A stretch of 39,738 nt of DNA from an uncultured Heliomicrobium sp. (lineage in GTDB: Bacteria > Acidobacteriota > Blastocatellia > RBC074), in NCBI GenBank assembly GCA_964383955.1, contig CAYLJQ010000001.1:1-39738 (forward strand), read 5' to 3'. The notes under the pieces were generated by a model that did no database searches, had not been told where the DNA came from, and saw only the letters and a list, made by a program, of their open reading frames with translations. Position 1 is the stretch's first letter, and the number at the start of each line of letters is the position of its first letter. This document shows positions 1-10,140 of this stretch, in pieces. Position numbers and translations under genes: made by a program.

Positions 1-71
1 TGACGTCTCAAGGTTCCTCTTACGTAGTCGTCAAAGAAGAATAACCTGGGACAACAACGAAACGTAAAATC

Positions 72-108
72 AAAATGGCTGAACCTTTTTCCGAGGCTCA
101 GCCATTTT
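72..108. terminator. Bidirectional intrinsic-terminator-like hairpin downstream of the 133-1548 gene
   Basis: AAAATGGCTGA (72-82) pairs with TCAGCCATTTT (98-108): an 11-bp perfect stem with a 15-nt loop. A T-run (TTTTTGTTT) follows on the + strand and an A-run precedes. It lies 25 nt beyond the minus-strand stop at 133. A + frame ending TAA at 42-44 may be the tail of an upstream gene, but that cannot be supported. Confidence 0.5.
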
Positions 109-132
109 TGTTTCATACGCGCCTTTTCTTTC

Positions 133-1548
133 TTATCGCCCGGCGACTCTTCGCCGCTTCGTGAATGCGTTGCGCACATGATCCCGAATCGCATTTTGCA
201 GCACGGGCATTTCGCCATCGTTGGCGGCAACCACCAGCAGGCTCATGCTGCCCATTTCATCAAACGAACCTTCTCCCCATTTGACGCGTTTCGGCGGCGA
301 ACTGGGATTGTGCGGATTTTCAGCCGAGTTGTCATAAACGATCTTTACATCCAACCTGGTTCCCTTTGGCAATGAAACGGCTTCTTTGAATTGATACTGG
401 CCCTGCCAGGCGAAGTCCCAATCGTTGATCCACAGCAATTTTTTCTGCTGGCCGTTCGGCAATGTTGCTTTCAAGTGCATCGTCTTGGCCAGGTAATGCG
501 CGTGCGCGCCCGCGCCGAAAGCGTTGACATCAACCGGTAACACAAACGAATCTTCAATCGTGTATTCCCTGGCACCGGCAGGAATGTCCAGCCCTTCAAA
601 GACGCCAAACAGCGGTGGCACCTGAATACCTGTAAATGCTTTGGCCGGAGGCTTGTCAGCAAAGTAAATGCCGATGGTGGAAATTTCCTTTTCAACTTTG
701 CCTGAAGGATGAAAGTGCGTGGAAAGAACCAGGTCAGAGCCTTTGGGCAAAAAGAACGCCAGGCCTGCTGGCATTTCCTGCGACTGAGCGCCGACTGCCC
801 AACCGCCAAGACTGCCGCCCAAGCTTCCAGCCGGCTGGTTACCACTGTTTGCGTTTTGCCCGCCCAAGCCAAACCGAGCGGCGAAGCGCTGGCCTGTAAA
901 CGCCATTCCTCCGGCAAAACCCGGCTGCGGATCGGCCTCGTCCAGTTTCATGGCTTCACCGGTTGCGTCGCTGAAAAACAGGCAATGATGAACGACTGTG
1001 CGCGCGCTTGGGCGAAATTCAATTGCCCGAACCCATTTGTTTTCAGTCAGATTCAGACGTATTGCGAAATTGTGATAGATATCCGGGCCGTCGGCGGGAA
1101 TCGTAAATGCCTCGTTCATTTTGACAACCAGATCAGGTTTGCCGAGCTGCCAGCCGTCGGCAAACTTCGGCATGGGCGGCAACTTGGCCGGATTGCCTTC
1201 GGGCATTCCGGCAGCGACCCACTGCTTGATCGTTTCGATTTGTGCGTCAGTCAACCGGCGTTCGTGTTTGAATTCGTAATCGCCTTTGTCGGCTTTCCAC
1301 GGAGGCATTTGCCGTGATTCCGTAACCGTCGCCAACAACTTGCCGCGTTTTTTCGCGTCAGCATAATTCATCAGCGTAAACGGCGCGGCTTCACCCGGAC
1401 GATGACAAGACGTGCAGTTGTTAAAGAGAATCGGTGCGACGTGTTCGGAAAAATTGACCGAAGCACTTTCCGCACGCTTGCCGCCATAAATCGCCGCGCC
1501 TAGCACGACAGCCAGCGCAGTGATCGAAACGAACAACCTGATCTTCAT
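133..1548 (-). CDS. Secreted or anchored heme-c (CxxCH) protein fused to a PHM/DBH-like copper type II monooxygenase domain
   Basis: The ORF track gives 133-1617. I prefer the ATG at 1548 (MKIRLFVSITALAVVLGAAIYG, a signal/anchor), which has GAGGAG just upstream. The N-terminus carries CTSCH within ...FNNCTSCHRPGE...MPPWKAD. The C-terminal strings VVHHCLFF, HFHPSG, HAHYLAK and DEMGSM follow the HH..H / HxH..M copper-ligand pattern of peptidylglycine/dopamine-beta monooxygenases. Confidence 0.8.
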   Translation of the reverse strand: MKIRLFVSITALAVVLGAAIYGGKRAESASVNFSEHVAPILFNNCTSCHRPGEAAPFTLMNYADAKKRGKLLATVTESRQMPPWKADKGDYEFKHERRLTDAQIETIKQWVAAGMPEGNPAKLPPMPKFADGWQLGKPDLVVKMNEAFTIPADGPDIYHNFAIRLNLTENKWVRAIEFRPSARTVVHHCLFFSDATGEAMKLDEADPQPGFAGGMAFTGQRFAARFGLGGQNANSGNQPAGSLGGSLGGWAVGAQSQEMPAGLAFFLPKGSDLVLSTHFHPSGKVEKEISTIGIYFADKPPAKAFTGIQVPPLFGVFEGLDIPAGAREYTIEDSFVLPVDVNAFGAGAHAHYLAKTMHLKATLPNGQQKKLLWINDWDFAWQGQYQFKEAVSLPKGTRLDVKIVYDNSAENPHNPSSPPKRVKWGEGSFDEMGSMSLLVVAANDGEMPVLQNAIRDHVRNAFTKRRRVAGR

Positions 1549-1592
1549 AACTTTGCTCCTCAATGGAACGCACGCATCCCGCGTGCGCGTTT

Positions 1593-2198
1593 TTAGTTTT
1601 GTGCAGTAATGTAACAACCAATCGCCGAAGTCCGTGCCACTGGAACTTTTTTGTTTTGCAATACAGCATCAAGTCCGTTTCGCAGCTCATGTTCGGTCAC
1701 GACGCGGCGCGGCTTGCCCAAGGCTTCGTAAAGGTTATTAATCCTTCCGCGATACACGATTGCGCCTTTTGCCCCGACGACGGCGACTTCCGGCGTGATC
1801 GAAACGCCTGTGGCGGCAACCAATTGATGCTTGGAGTCCTGAATGACCGTCAAGCCGGACAAATTGTATTCGCGTCCGTGCTGTTCAATCTCTTTGGCCG
1901 AAGCTGTCGGATCAACATAAACCAGAAAAAACCGAACCGGCTTTGTTTTGTAATCCTGAACAATGCGGGCGATTTCCGGCGCGTAACGGTTGGAAATCGG
2001 GCAATCCTGCAAAGTGAAAAACAGGACTGAAGCCATTTGGGTTTCCAGCTTGAACGGCGACTGCGAACGTCCTGCAATGTCTTTGATGGTCAGCGAATTA
2101 TCCGGGACGGTTTGACGATCCTGAGCTTGGCCCACGTGCGGTTGAACGCCCATCGCGGCAATCGCCAAAAACAAACTCAACAAAACTTTCTTCATCAT
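1593..2198 (-). CDS. Secreted thioredoxin-fold (redoxin/AhpC-TSA-like) protein with a CxxS motif
   Basis: The ORF track gives 1593-2234. I prefer the ATG at 2198 (MMKKVLLSLFLAIAAMG signal peptide), preceded by GGAGAAAG. The string LFFTLQDCPISNRYAPEI sits where a thioredoxin-fold CxxC would be (CPIS). Its stop lies 44 nt upstream of the monooxygenase-like gene start, so the two are probably an operon. Confidence 0.75.
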   Translation of the reverse strand: MMKKVLLSLFLAIAAMGVQPHVGQAQDRQTVPDNSLTIKDIAGRSQSPFKLETQMASVLFFTLQDCPISNRYAPEIARIVQDYKTKPVRFFLVYVDPTASAKEIEQHGREYNLSGLTVIQDSKHQLVAATGVSITPEVAVVGAKGAIVYRGRINNLYEALGKPRRVVTEHELRNGLDAVLQNKKVPVARTSAIGCYITAQN

Positions 2199-2223
2199 TC
2201 TTTCTCCGCTGCATAAGACGCTG

Positions 2224-2259
2224 GCGCGCGACAAAAGTCCGCAAACTTTTGTCAGCGCC
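2224..2259 (-). terminator. Intergenic hairpin between the GNAT gene and the thioredoxin-fold gene
   Basis: GACAAAAGT (2230-2238) pairs with ACTTTTGTC (2245-2253), a 9-bp stem. GGCGC/GCGCC extends it across a small internal loop. No clear U-run follows on the minus strand, so terminator function is uncertain. Confidence 0.35.
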
Positions 2260-2272
2260 GAGCAAAGATTTG

Positions 2273-2770
2273 TCAGCCGGCTTCAGGCTGAAGCGCCAAA
2301 GTCATGTAAACATTCGCCCTTTCGTAGACGGTGTTTTCTGGCAACGGCGCATATTGAAATCCCATGGATTCATAAAGCCGTATCGCTTGAGCCAGCATGG
2401 AATTTGACATCAGAATCACTGAGGTGGCTCCCTGGTTGCGGGCGTGTTCAATCACAGTTTCTGACAATCGCCGGCCAATTCCCTGCCCTTGCGCCGCTGG
2501 CGATACAGCCAGCTTCGCCAGTTCAATGACGTCGTTTGAAACGCGAACAGCGGCGCAGGTTCCAACCACTGTTCCGGCTTGAAGCGCGAAAAACAACTGC
2601 CCGCCTTTGGCCAGAATTCGAGCTTCCGGATTTTGCAGATAATCAAAATCAATGGGTTCCAGCAGCAAATATGCTTCCAGCCATTCCAAATTCAACGCTT
2701 CAAACGCCGCGCGGAATTCCGGCTTATAAGCAACAATCTCGACAATTGATCCATTTGGGTTTGGTTCCAT
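2273..2770 (-). CDS. GNAT family N-acetyltransferase
   Basis: 165-aa ORF. The acetyl-CoA-binding-type motif LAVSPAAQGQGIGRRL and the overall GNAT layout (VGTCAAVRV...IELAKLAV...GATSVILMSN) are present. The ATG at 2770 has GGTGA upstream. Confidence 0.9.
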   Translation of the reverse strand: MEPNPNGSIVEIVAYKPEFRAAFEALNLEWLEAYLLLEPIDFDYLQNPEARILAKGGQLFFALQAGTVVGTCAAVRVSNDVIELAKLAVSPAAQGQGIGRRLSETVIEHARNQGATSVILMSNSMLAQAIRLYESMGFQYAPLPENTVYERANVYMTLALQPEAG

Positions 2771-2953
2771 CTTCAGTTCACCAATCGCGCGGCAATTTCA
2801 GCGATTACGGCTTCGGCGCGCGCTTCGATTTCCTCTCTGGCTTGATCCTGGATCGGATGGACGACAAACCGGCATCAAAATCGCCAACGCCGGTTTGGGC
2901 TTTTCGTCCAAACCGGCGTAATCACGTGTTTTCCATCAAGATTGACAGCATAC

Positions 2954-3937
2954 TCAAACGGGTTGTTTTGCCCGCATTTTCCTGGCGGTTCTCCCGACTT
3001 TATCCGAAAGATTGAAAATGTGCCGCAGTGGAACGAGGTTCATCAAACGATAATCGCCAACGGCTTTCAATCCTGCCGAAGCCAGGCATCCGCATTGCGA
3101 ACAATCCGGGTTGCCGCCAAATTGGCATGGAGAAATCTTGTTTTTCAAGTCCGCAGTCAGATTCAGCGTCGTGCGAGAGAAAATACATTCTTCGGGCGAT
3201 GCCGGAGGCGAAAGATACCCCTTGATCACCGAATCAGGTAAATCCAATTTGGGGAATCTGTCCCGCAACCGGGCTAAATCCTTTAGCACATTGGAACGTT
3301 GGATTGGGGACAGTATCTCTTCCGCTTCAGCGCCCACTTGAGGCGTAAAGAGACTAAACCATATCTTTTTGATTTCCTGCTTTTCCGACCAGAAAGACAC
3401 AAACTCTTCCAAATAATTCTGCCGCACGGCGATCTGGCTGGTGATCGTGCAATGCACCGTCACCGAATGGCCAATAATGTTTTGCAAGATACGTTCATAC
3501 GTAGCAGGTTTTCTTCTGGCATCGTGTTCCGGTTGCAGACCATCAATGGAAACCACCAGAAATAAATTCTTGATATTGGCCCAGTTTTTCGGGATTTCAC
3601 GCACCGCGCTGGTCACAAGCTGCACTGAAATTCCTCTTTCGCTCAATTGCGGCAACAGAATATCCAGCTCACGAAACCGCACCAAAGGCTCTCCGCCAAC
3701 AATGGAAAGGTGCAGCGGACGATACTGGTCCATCAGGGCCAGGACTTCATCCACCAATTGCTGCCCTTTGAAATCCGACAGCGTTCTCAGGGGACCAAGC
3801 TGATGCAGATGCTCCGGCTCATAGGCATAACATCCGGGGCAGCGCAGTGGACATTCGCGCGTGATTTCAATTGAAAGCGAAGGATAATCCCCGTGAAGGA
3901 TTTTCCCCCAAGCTCGAAACACGTCATTGCTTTTCAT
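2954..3937 (-). CDS. Radical SAM protein with an additional C-terminal Cys cluster
   Basis: 327-aa ORF. The N-terminal CPLRCPGC (CxxxCxxC) sits in ITRECPLRCPGCYAY, followed by a GGEPL glycine motif (SIVGGEPLVR). The C-terminal CQFGGNPDCSQCGC suggests an auxiliary Fe-S site. GGAG lies upstream of the ATG at 3937. Confidence 0.9.
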   Translation of the reverse strand: MKSNDVFRAWGKILHGDYPSLSIEITRECPLRCPGCYAYEPEHLHQLGPLRTLSDFKGQQLVDEVLALMDQYRPLHLSIVGGEPLVRFRELDILLPQLSERGISVQLVTSAVREIPKNWANIKNLFLVVSIDGLQPEHDARRKPATYERILQNIIGHSVTVHCTITSQIAVRQNYLEEFVSFWSEKQEIKKIWFSLFTPQVGAEAEEILSPIQRSNVLKDLARLRDRFPKLDLPDSVIKGYLSPPASPEECIFSRTTLNLTADLKNKISPCQFGGNPDCSQCGCLASAGLKAVGDYRLMNLVPLRHIFNLSDKVGRTARKMRAKQPV

Positions 3938-4080
3938 TTAACTCCAGTTTGAAAATCTTATGTTTAAGTGTGGGCAGGCTGGAGAAACGCTTGGCCTCCA
4001 CCCTGTTGATAAAGAACAATTTGGCTTAAGGGGAGGCCAGATTGGGTTGTATGTAAATTGGTAACGTTTGCCAAAGACAC

Positions 4081-4122
4081 AATAGCCCGGAAAGAGTTTT
4101 TCGTCACTCAATCCGGGCTATT
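4081..4122 (-). terminator. Hairpin downstream of nrdJ
   Basis: AATAGCCCGGA (4081-4091) pairs with TCCGGGCTATT (4112-4122): an 11-bp stem with a 20-nt loop, 31 nt past the nrdJ stop. On the minus strand it is followed by GUGUCUUUGG, only a weak U-run. Confidence 0.45.
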
Positions 4123-4152
4123 CTGGCTAGACCGTTGGGTCAGCGAGTTTCA

Positions 4153-6630
<2,478 letters not shown>

Positions 6631-6937
6631 GTCTGTCTAAGTCCTTCAATTTTCGTTTGTTGGTTCGTTGTTGGAAACGTCGTCTTCCCTTTTCGGCAAA
6701 GCGACAAAGAGCCTTTAGATTGTTTGGAGATGAAAAGATACTTCTTTGCAGGCTCAACCAGCTTTTAACAGGATTGGCAGGGAGGATTCGTGCCGGCTTC
6801 CGACAATACAAATCCGAAGCCGTCTTGTCATTCGGGGAACAATTCGGCGTCTCAAGACTCATGCCGCTTCTGAAGTTTTTGCTGAGAAAGCGTTGAGTCG
6901 CGGTCAATTACCTGTCTGTTTGTGTTGAGCGGCGCAG

Positions 6938-6993
6938 AATATAGTTCCACCATATACGGCTTGTCAATCAGGATTATCACCAATATCTTGTGG
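6938..6993 (-). promoter_or_regulatory. Putative nrdJ promoter (TTGACA-N18-TATATT) with two NrdR-box-like sites 31 bp apart
   Basis: Read on the minus strand, TTGACA is at 6967-6962 and TATATT at 6943-6938, with an 18-nt spacer. Box B (6947-6962, CCACCATATACGGCTT) fills the spacer. Box A (6978-6993, CACCAATATCTTGTGG) lies just upstream of -35. Both resemble the acaCwAtATaTwGtgt NrdR consensus (about 10-11 of 16 by eye), and their ATAT cores are 31 bp apart. Confidence 0.45.
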
Positions 6994-7100
6994 TTTCCTG
7001 TAAGTGCTGACCGATAAAGGCGATTTTCTTTTTTGGCTTTTTGGGGCGGCAAAGAGGTGGTTTGGTTTAGCCAATTCGGCAAGTGTTGCAAGACTGAAAC

Positions 7101-7132
7101 TTAGCGGGAAGGCGGCTTCACCTTCCCGCTAA
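7101..7132 (-). terminator. Intrinsic-terminator-like hairpin downstream of the superoxide dismutase gene
   Basis: TTAGCGGGAAGG (7101-7112) pairs with CCTTCCCGCTAA (7121-7132): a 12-bp perfect stem with an 8-nt loop, 18 nt beyond the SOD stop at 7150. Confidence 0.6.
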
Positions 7133-7149
7133 CCGAAACTTATTGCCAA

Positions 7150-7779
7150 TTACTGGCCTGCAGTTTTGGTCGCCTTCAAACGCGCATTGACGGCATCCCA
7201 GTCAATGTTCTGAAAGAAGGCTTCGATGTATTTTGGACGTTCCGCCGGGGCGTAATCCAGGATAAAAGCATGTTCCCAAACGTCCATAATCAGAACCGGC
7301 GTAAATCCGGCTACGTTGCCGGTTTCATGCAAGTTGATCCAATGATTCGACAAGCGACCGGTTGTCGGGTCTTGATAACAAGCCGCCCAGCCGACACCTC
7401 TCATTTTGCCGACGGTCACAAAGTTCTTTTTCCAGTTTTCGTAATTGCCGAAGTTGGCTTCCGCCAATTTGGAAAACGCTGACGCCTTGTCAGGGTCGCC
7501 AGTGCCGTTGCTTTTCAAATTGCCGAAGTAGTATTCGTGCAAAACCATCCCGTTGTATTCAAAGCCCAGACGACGCGTCAGTTCGGAATAAACGGGCATT
7601 TCGTTCGCTGTAAGCTCACCGCGAGACAGGTCGGCGATCTTTTCATTCAAGATGTTTGTGTTGGTTACATATCCTTCGTACAGCTTGAAATGGGTCTGCA
7701 AGGTTTTGTCAGAAATCCCGGTCAAGCCACTTAGATTAAAAGTTTTCGCTGCGTATGATTGTTTGGCCTCTTGCGCCAT
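7150..7779 (-). CDS. Fe/Mn-family superoxide dismutase
   Basis: 209-aa ORF with the hallmark C-terminal DVWEHAF...DY motif. The other ligand contexts (QTHFKLYEGYV, VLHEYYF) are also present. AGAGAGG lies upstream of the ATG at 7779. Metal specificity cannot be judged from the sequence alone. Confidence 0.92.
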   Translation of the reverse strand: MAQEAKQSYAAKTFNLSGLTGISDKTLQTHFKLYEGYVTNTNILNEKIADLSRGELTANEMPVYSELTRRLGFEYNGMVLHEYYFGNLKSNGTGDPDKASAFSKLAEANFGNYENWKKNFVTVGKMRGVGWAACYQDPTTGRLSNHWINLHETGNVAGFTPVLIMDVWEHAFILDYAPAERPKYIEAFFQNIDWDAVNARLKATKTAGQ

Positions 7780-7843
7780 GTTACCTCTCTAGTTAAATGT
7801 TGAATGATTTGGAGATTTGCGAGGGCGATACACTCGCAGAGGC

Positions 7844-7872
7844 ATCTTAGCCGCTGAGCAGAGTCTGAACAA
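7844..7872 (-). promoter_or_regulatory. Candidate sigma70-type promoter for the SOD gene
   Basis: Read on the minus strand, TTGTTC is at 7872-7867, followed by a 17-nt spacer and TAAGAT at 7849-7844. A small GCGAG...CTCGC hairpin lies in the resulting leader. This is a pattern match only. Confidence 0.3.
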
Positions 7873-7897
7873 ATGGGCAGGAATTGCAGGAAGGAAA

Positions 7898-7927
7898 GGT
7901 GGAACAAACAAGAATGCCTGTTCCACC
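7898..7927 (-). terminator. Hairpin downstream of the membrane-protein gene
   Basis: GGTGGAACA (7898-7906) pairs with TGTTCCACC (7919-7927): a 9-bp stem 24 nt past the stop at 7951. On the minus strand it is followed by UUUCCUUCC. Confidence 0.5.
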
Positions 7928-7950
7928 CGAAAGCCAAAACTTCAGAAAAG

Positions 7951-8712
7951 CTATTTGATGAACATGATGTAATCGCCGTGCGAAACGCCCATCATCAGCA
8001 GCATTGGCAATGACAACCAAGCGTTTGTGCGCGAAGCGAGAAACGCTTTGCGGGCAAGTTGCGCGGATTCCGGAGGAATCGGCGTCCCGTTTTCAGCATT
8101 ATCTTTTGTCCAGGCGATGATCTTTTTCTGCGCGCGCCAGATGATCCCCCAGACATTCAACAGCATAAAAATACCAATGCCGCCGCCAATGCCGATGGCG
8201 ATGGTTTTGTTGCCTTTGAACAGATAGATCACCAGACCGGACAGAATCAGGACGACAATCGCGACGATGACGGCCAAAACGCGGCCATCATTTACTTTTT
8301 GAATTGCACCATAAATCGCGCAATACGCGACCAGAACAATGACCAGCCAGATTCCCAGCCAGGAATGATACCCGGCTCCGGCGGCTTGCGCGTCCGATGG
8401 GATGATGTAAACCGCGTAATAAATCAATCCGACCAGCACGGTTACCACTGCGCCCCAACGAAAATAATACAAAGCATTCGGCATCAGTTTGGGGATAACT
8501 TTGCCCTTGGTTGGGCCGTCCAACTCTTTCATCAACGGGACGTTGACCAGATTGAAAAAGTACAGCAATCCGATCCAGGCGATTCCGGCAACGAAATGTC
8601 CCCAGCGCAGCAGCGCGCGAAACAGGTCGTCGGCTGACGGTACAGCCAGCCAATCGCCTTGCAGAGCAAAACCGAGAAAGGCCGGTAAGTCATTCAAAGG
8701 CCCTGTGAGCAT
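7951..8712 (-). CDS. Polytopic integral membrane protein of unknown function (resembles the membrane domain of COG3748/PuuD-type proteins)
   Basis: The ORF track gives 7951-8787. I prefer the ATG at 8712 (MLTGPLNDL...), preceded by AGGAGG. There are six or more hydrophobic segments. LRWGHFVAGIAWIGLLYFFNLV resembles the conserved first helix of COG3748 proteins, but that family assignment is tentative. Confidence 0.8.
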   Translation of the reverse strand: MLTGPLNDLPAFLGFALQGDWLAVPSADDLFRALLRWGHFVAGIAWIGLLYFFNLVNVPLMKELDGPTKGKVIPKLMPNALYYFRWGAVVTVLVGLIYYAVYIIPSDAQAAGAGYHSWLGIWLVIVLVAYCAIYGAIQKVNDGRVLAVIVAIVVLILSGLVIYLFKGNKTIAIGIGGGIGIFMLLNVWGIIWRAQKKIIAWTKDNAENGTPIPPESAQLARKAFLASRTNAWLSLPMLLMMGVSHGDYIMFIK

Positions 8713-8911
8713 ATGACCTCCTAAAGTTGTTTTTGTGTTTGCGAAGTTCCCTGACGGCTTTTGATTACAAGCCATTCGCAAGCGCATCAGCAGCGCTTGC
8801 AGTTCAAGCTCATTACTAGCCAGCTTGGTATAAGTGGTGAGACGCGCGAAACATAATCCTCGCCCTGACTGGTGTCAATGGAGCGACTTTGGCATCAGTT
8901 TCTGGCTTTGA

Positions 8912-8940
8912 TTGGAAACGGCTTGTAACCCGGCTAGAAT
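8912..8940 (+). promoter_or_regulatory. Candidate sigma70-type promoter for the 9025-11373 gene pair
   Basis: TTGGAA (8912-8917), a 17-nt spacer, then TAGAAT (8935-8940). This would give a leader of about 80 nt before the ATG at 9025. Pattern match only. Confidence 0.3.
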
Positions 8941-9024
8941 CGTTCGCGTCTTTACAAAAGGCATCTGCCGACTTCGCTTTTCGACTATCAACTGACAATC
9001 AAGACAAAACAACGGGAGAGAACT

Positions 9025-10137
9025 ATGAAACGATTTGCTCTATTCACGGCGTTGGCCGTCATCGCCTTTGGCCTTTCCAGCTCGAACGCTGAAGCCAAAT
9101 TGAAGACCGGCATGACCGAAGGAACTGCCAAGTTCCAATCCATGGGACCATTGGCGTTTGGGCCGGAAGGAATTCTGTTTGTCGCCGACACCAAAGCGGC
9201 TTCGATCGTTGCGCTGTCGACGGGCGACACGAAACCGGCGACGGCTGGCAAACTTCTGAAAGTTGAAGCCATCAACCAGAAAATCGCTGCTTTGCTGGGA
9301 ACTGCCGCCGATCAAATTCTGATCGAAGACATGGTCATCAACCCGATCTCGCACAACGCTTACCTGGCGGTTTCACGCGGTCGCGGCGCTGACGCCGTTC
9401 CGGTTCTGATTCGCGTCAAAACCGATGGCACGCCCGAAGTTTTCTCGCTGGAAAACGTCAAGTTTTCCCAAGCCCAACTGCCCGATGCTCCTGCGGACAA
9501 AATGGTCGGCCAGGGCAATCGCCAGAGCAATCCGCGCCGCGAATCCATCACCGATATTGGCTACTTGAATGGACGTTTGTTCATTGCCGGACTGGCCAAC
9601 GAAGAGTTTTCTTCGACACTGCGTTCCATTGCGTTCCCATTCAAAACCGTCGAAAACGGAACAAACGTGGAAATTTACCACGGCGCTCATGGGCAATTTG
9701 AAACCCGCTCTCCGGTTCGCACCTTCACTACATTCAAGATTGGCAAAGAAGATCACTTGCTGGCAGCTTACACTTGCACGCCATTGATTCAATTCCCCGT
9801 CAGCGACCTGAAACCCGGCGCGAAAATCATGGGCAAGACGATTGCCGAACTCGGCAACCGCAACCGCCCATTGGACATGCTGGTTTACCAGAAAGACGGC
9901 AAGTCTTACTTGCTAATGGCCAACAGCAGCCGAGGCGTGATGAAGATCACGACTGAAAACATTGACAAGGTCGAAGGCATCAAGGCCAGGGTTGCCGACA
10001 AGCAAGGCCTGACGTATGAAACCATTGAAGCCTGGACTGGCGTTGACCAGCTTGACCGGTACGATGCCAAACACGCCGCCGTGTTGCGTCGCGGTGAAAG
10101 CGGTTCGCTGAATTTGGAGGCATTGGCTCTGCCGTAA
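9025..10137 (+). CDS. Secreted hypothetical protein (beta-rich, possibly propeller-like)
   Basis: 370-aa ORF. GGGAGAG lies upstream of the ATG. The signal peptide is clear (MKRFALFTALAVIAFGLSSSNAEA). I recognise no catalytic motif. Confidence 0.85.
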   Translation: MKRFALFTALAVIAFGLSSSNAEAKLKTGMTEGTAKFQSMGPLAFGPEGILFVADTKAASIVALSTGDTKPATAGKLLKVEAINQKIAALLGTAADQILIEDMVINPISHNAYLAVSRGRGADAVPVLIRVKTDGTPEVFSLENVKFSQAQLPDAPADKMVGQGNRQSNPRRESITDIGYLNGRLFIAGLANEEFSSTLRSIAFPFKTVENGTNVEIYHGAHGQFETRSPVRTFTTFKIGKEDHLLAAYTCTPLIQFPVSDLKPGAKIMGKTIAELGNRNRPLDMLVYQKDGKSYLLMANSSRGVMKITTENIDKVEGIKARVADKQGLTYETIEAWTGVDQLDRYDAKHAAVLRRGESGSLNLEALALP

Positions 10138-10140
10138 CAG

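Noticed and set aside
1549-1617. N-terminal extensions offered by the ORF track (also 2199-2234, 8713-8787, 22870-22992, 23813-23935, 24698-24751, 31432-31506, 38759-38815)
   Set aside because: In each case an internal start has a Shine-Dalgarno-like sequence and begins a canonical signal peptide or domain N-terminus. The extension adds non-hydrophobic residues with no RBS. The shorter models are preferred but remain unverified.
2771-2953. Possible RiPP precursor peptide for the adjacent radical SAM enzyme (for example the MPVCRPSDPGSSQRGNRSARRSRNR or TTG-started frames)
   Set aside because: The candidates are very short, have no RBS, and show no leader/core organisation or Cys/Gly-rich core. 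The most coding-like frame lacks a start codon.
6784-6801. Cobalamin-riboswitch-like string in the nrdJ leader (RNA GGAAGCCGGCACGAAUCC, similar to the GGAAnCCGGUGnGAAUCCGG core)
   Set aside because: The second CCGG needed to close the conserved stem is replaced by CCUC. I found no GCCACUG motif and no clean B12 box. A B12 OFF-switch on a B12-dependent RNR would also be biologically odd. I treat it as a chance resemblance; cmscan with RF00174 would settle the question.
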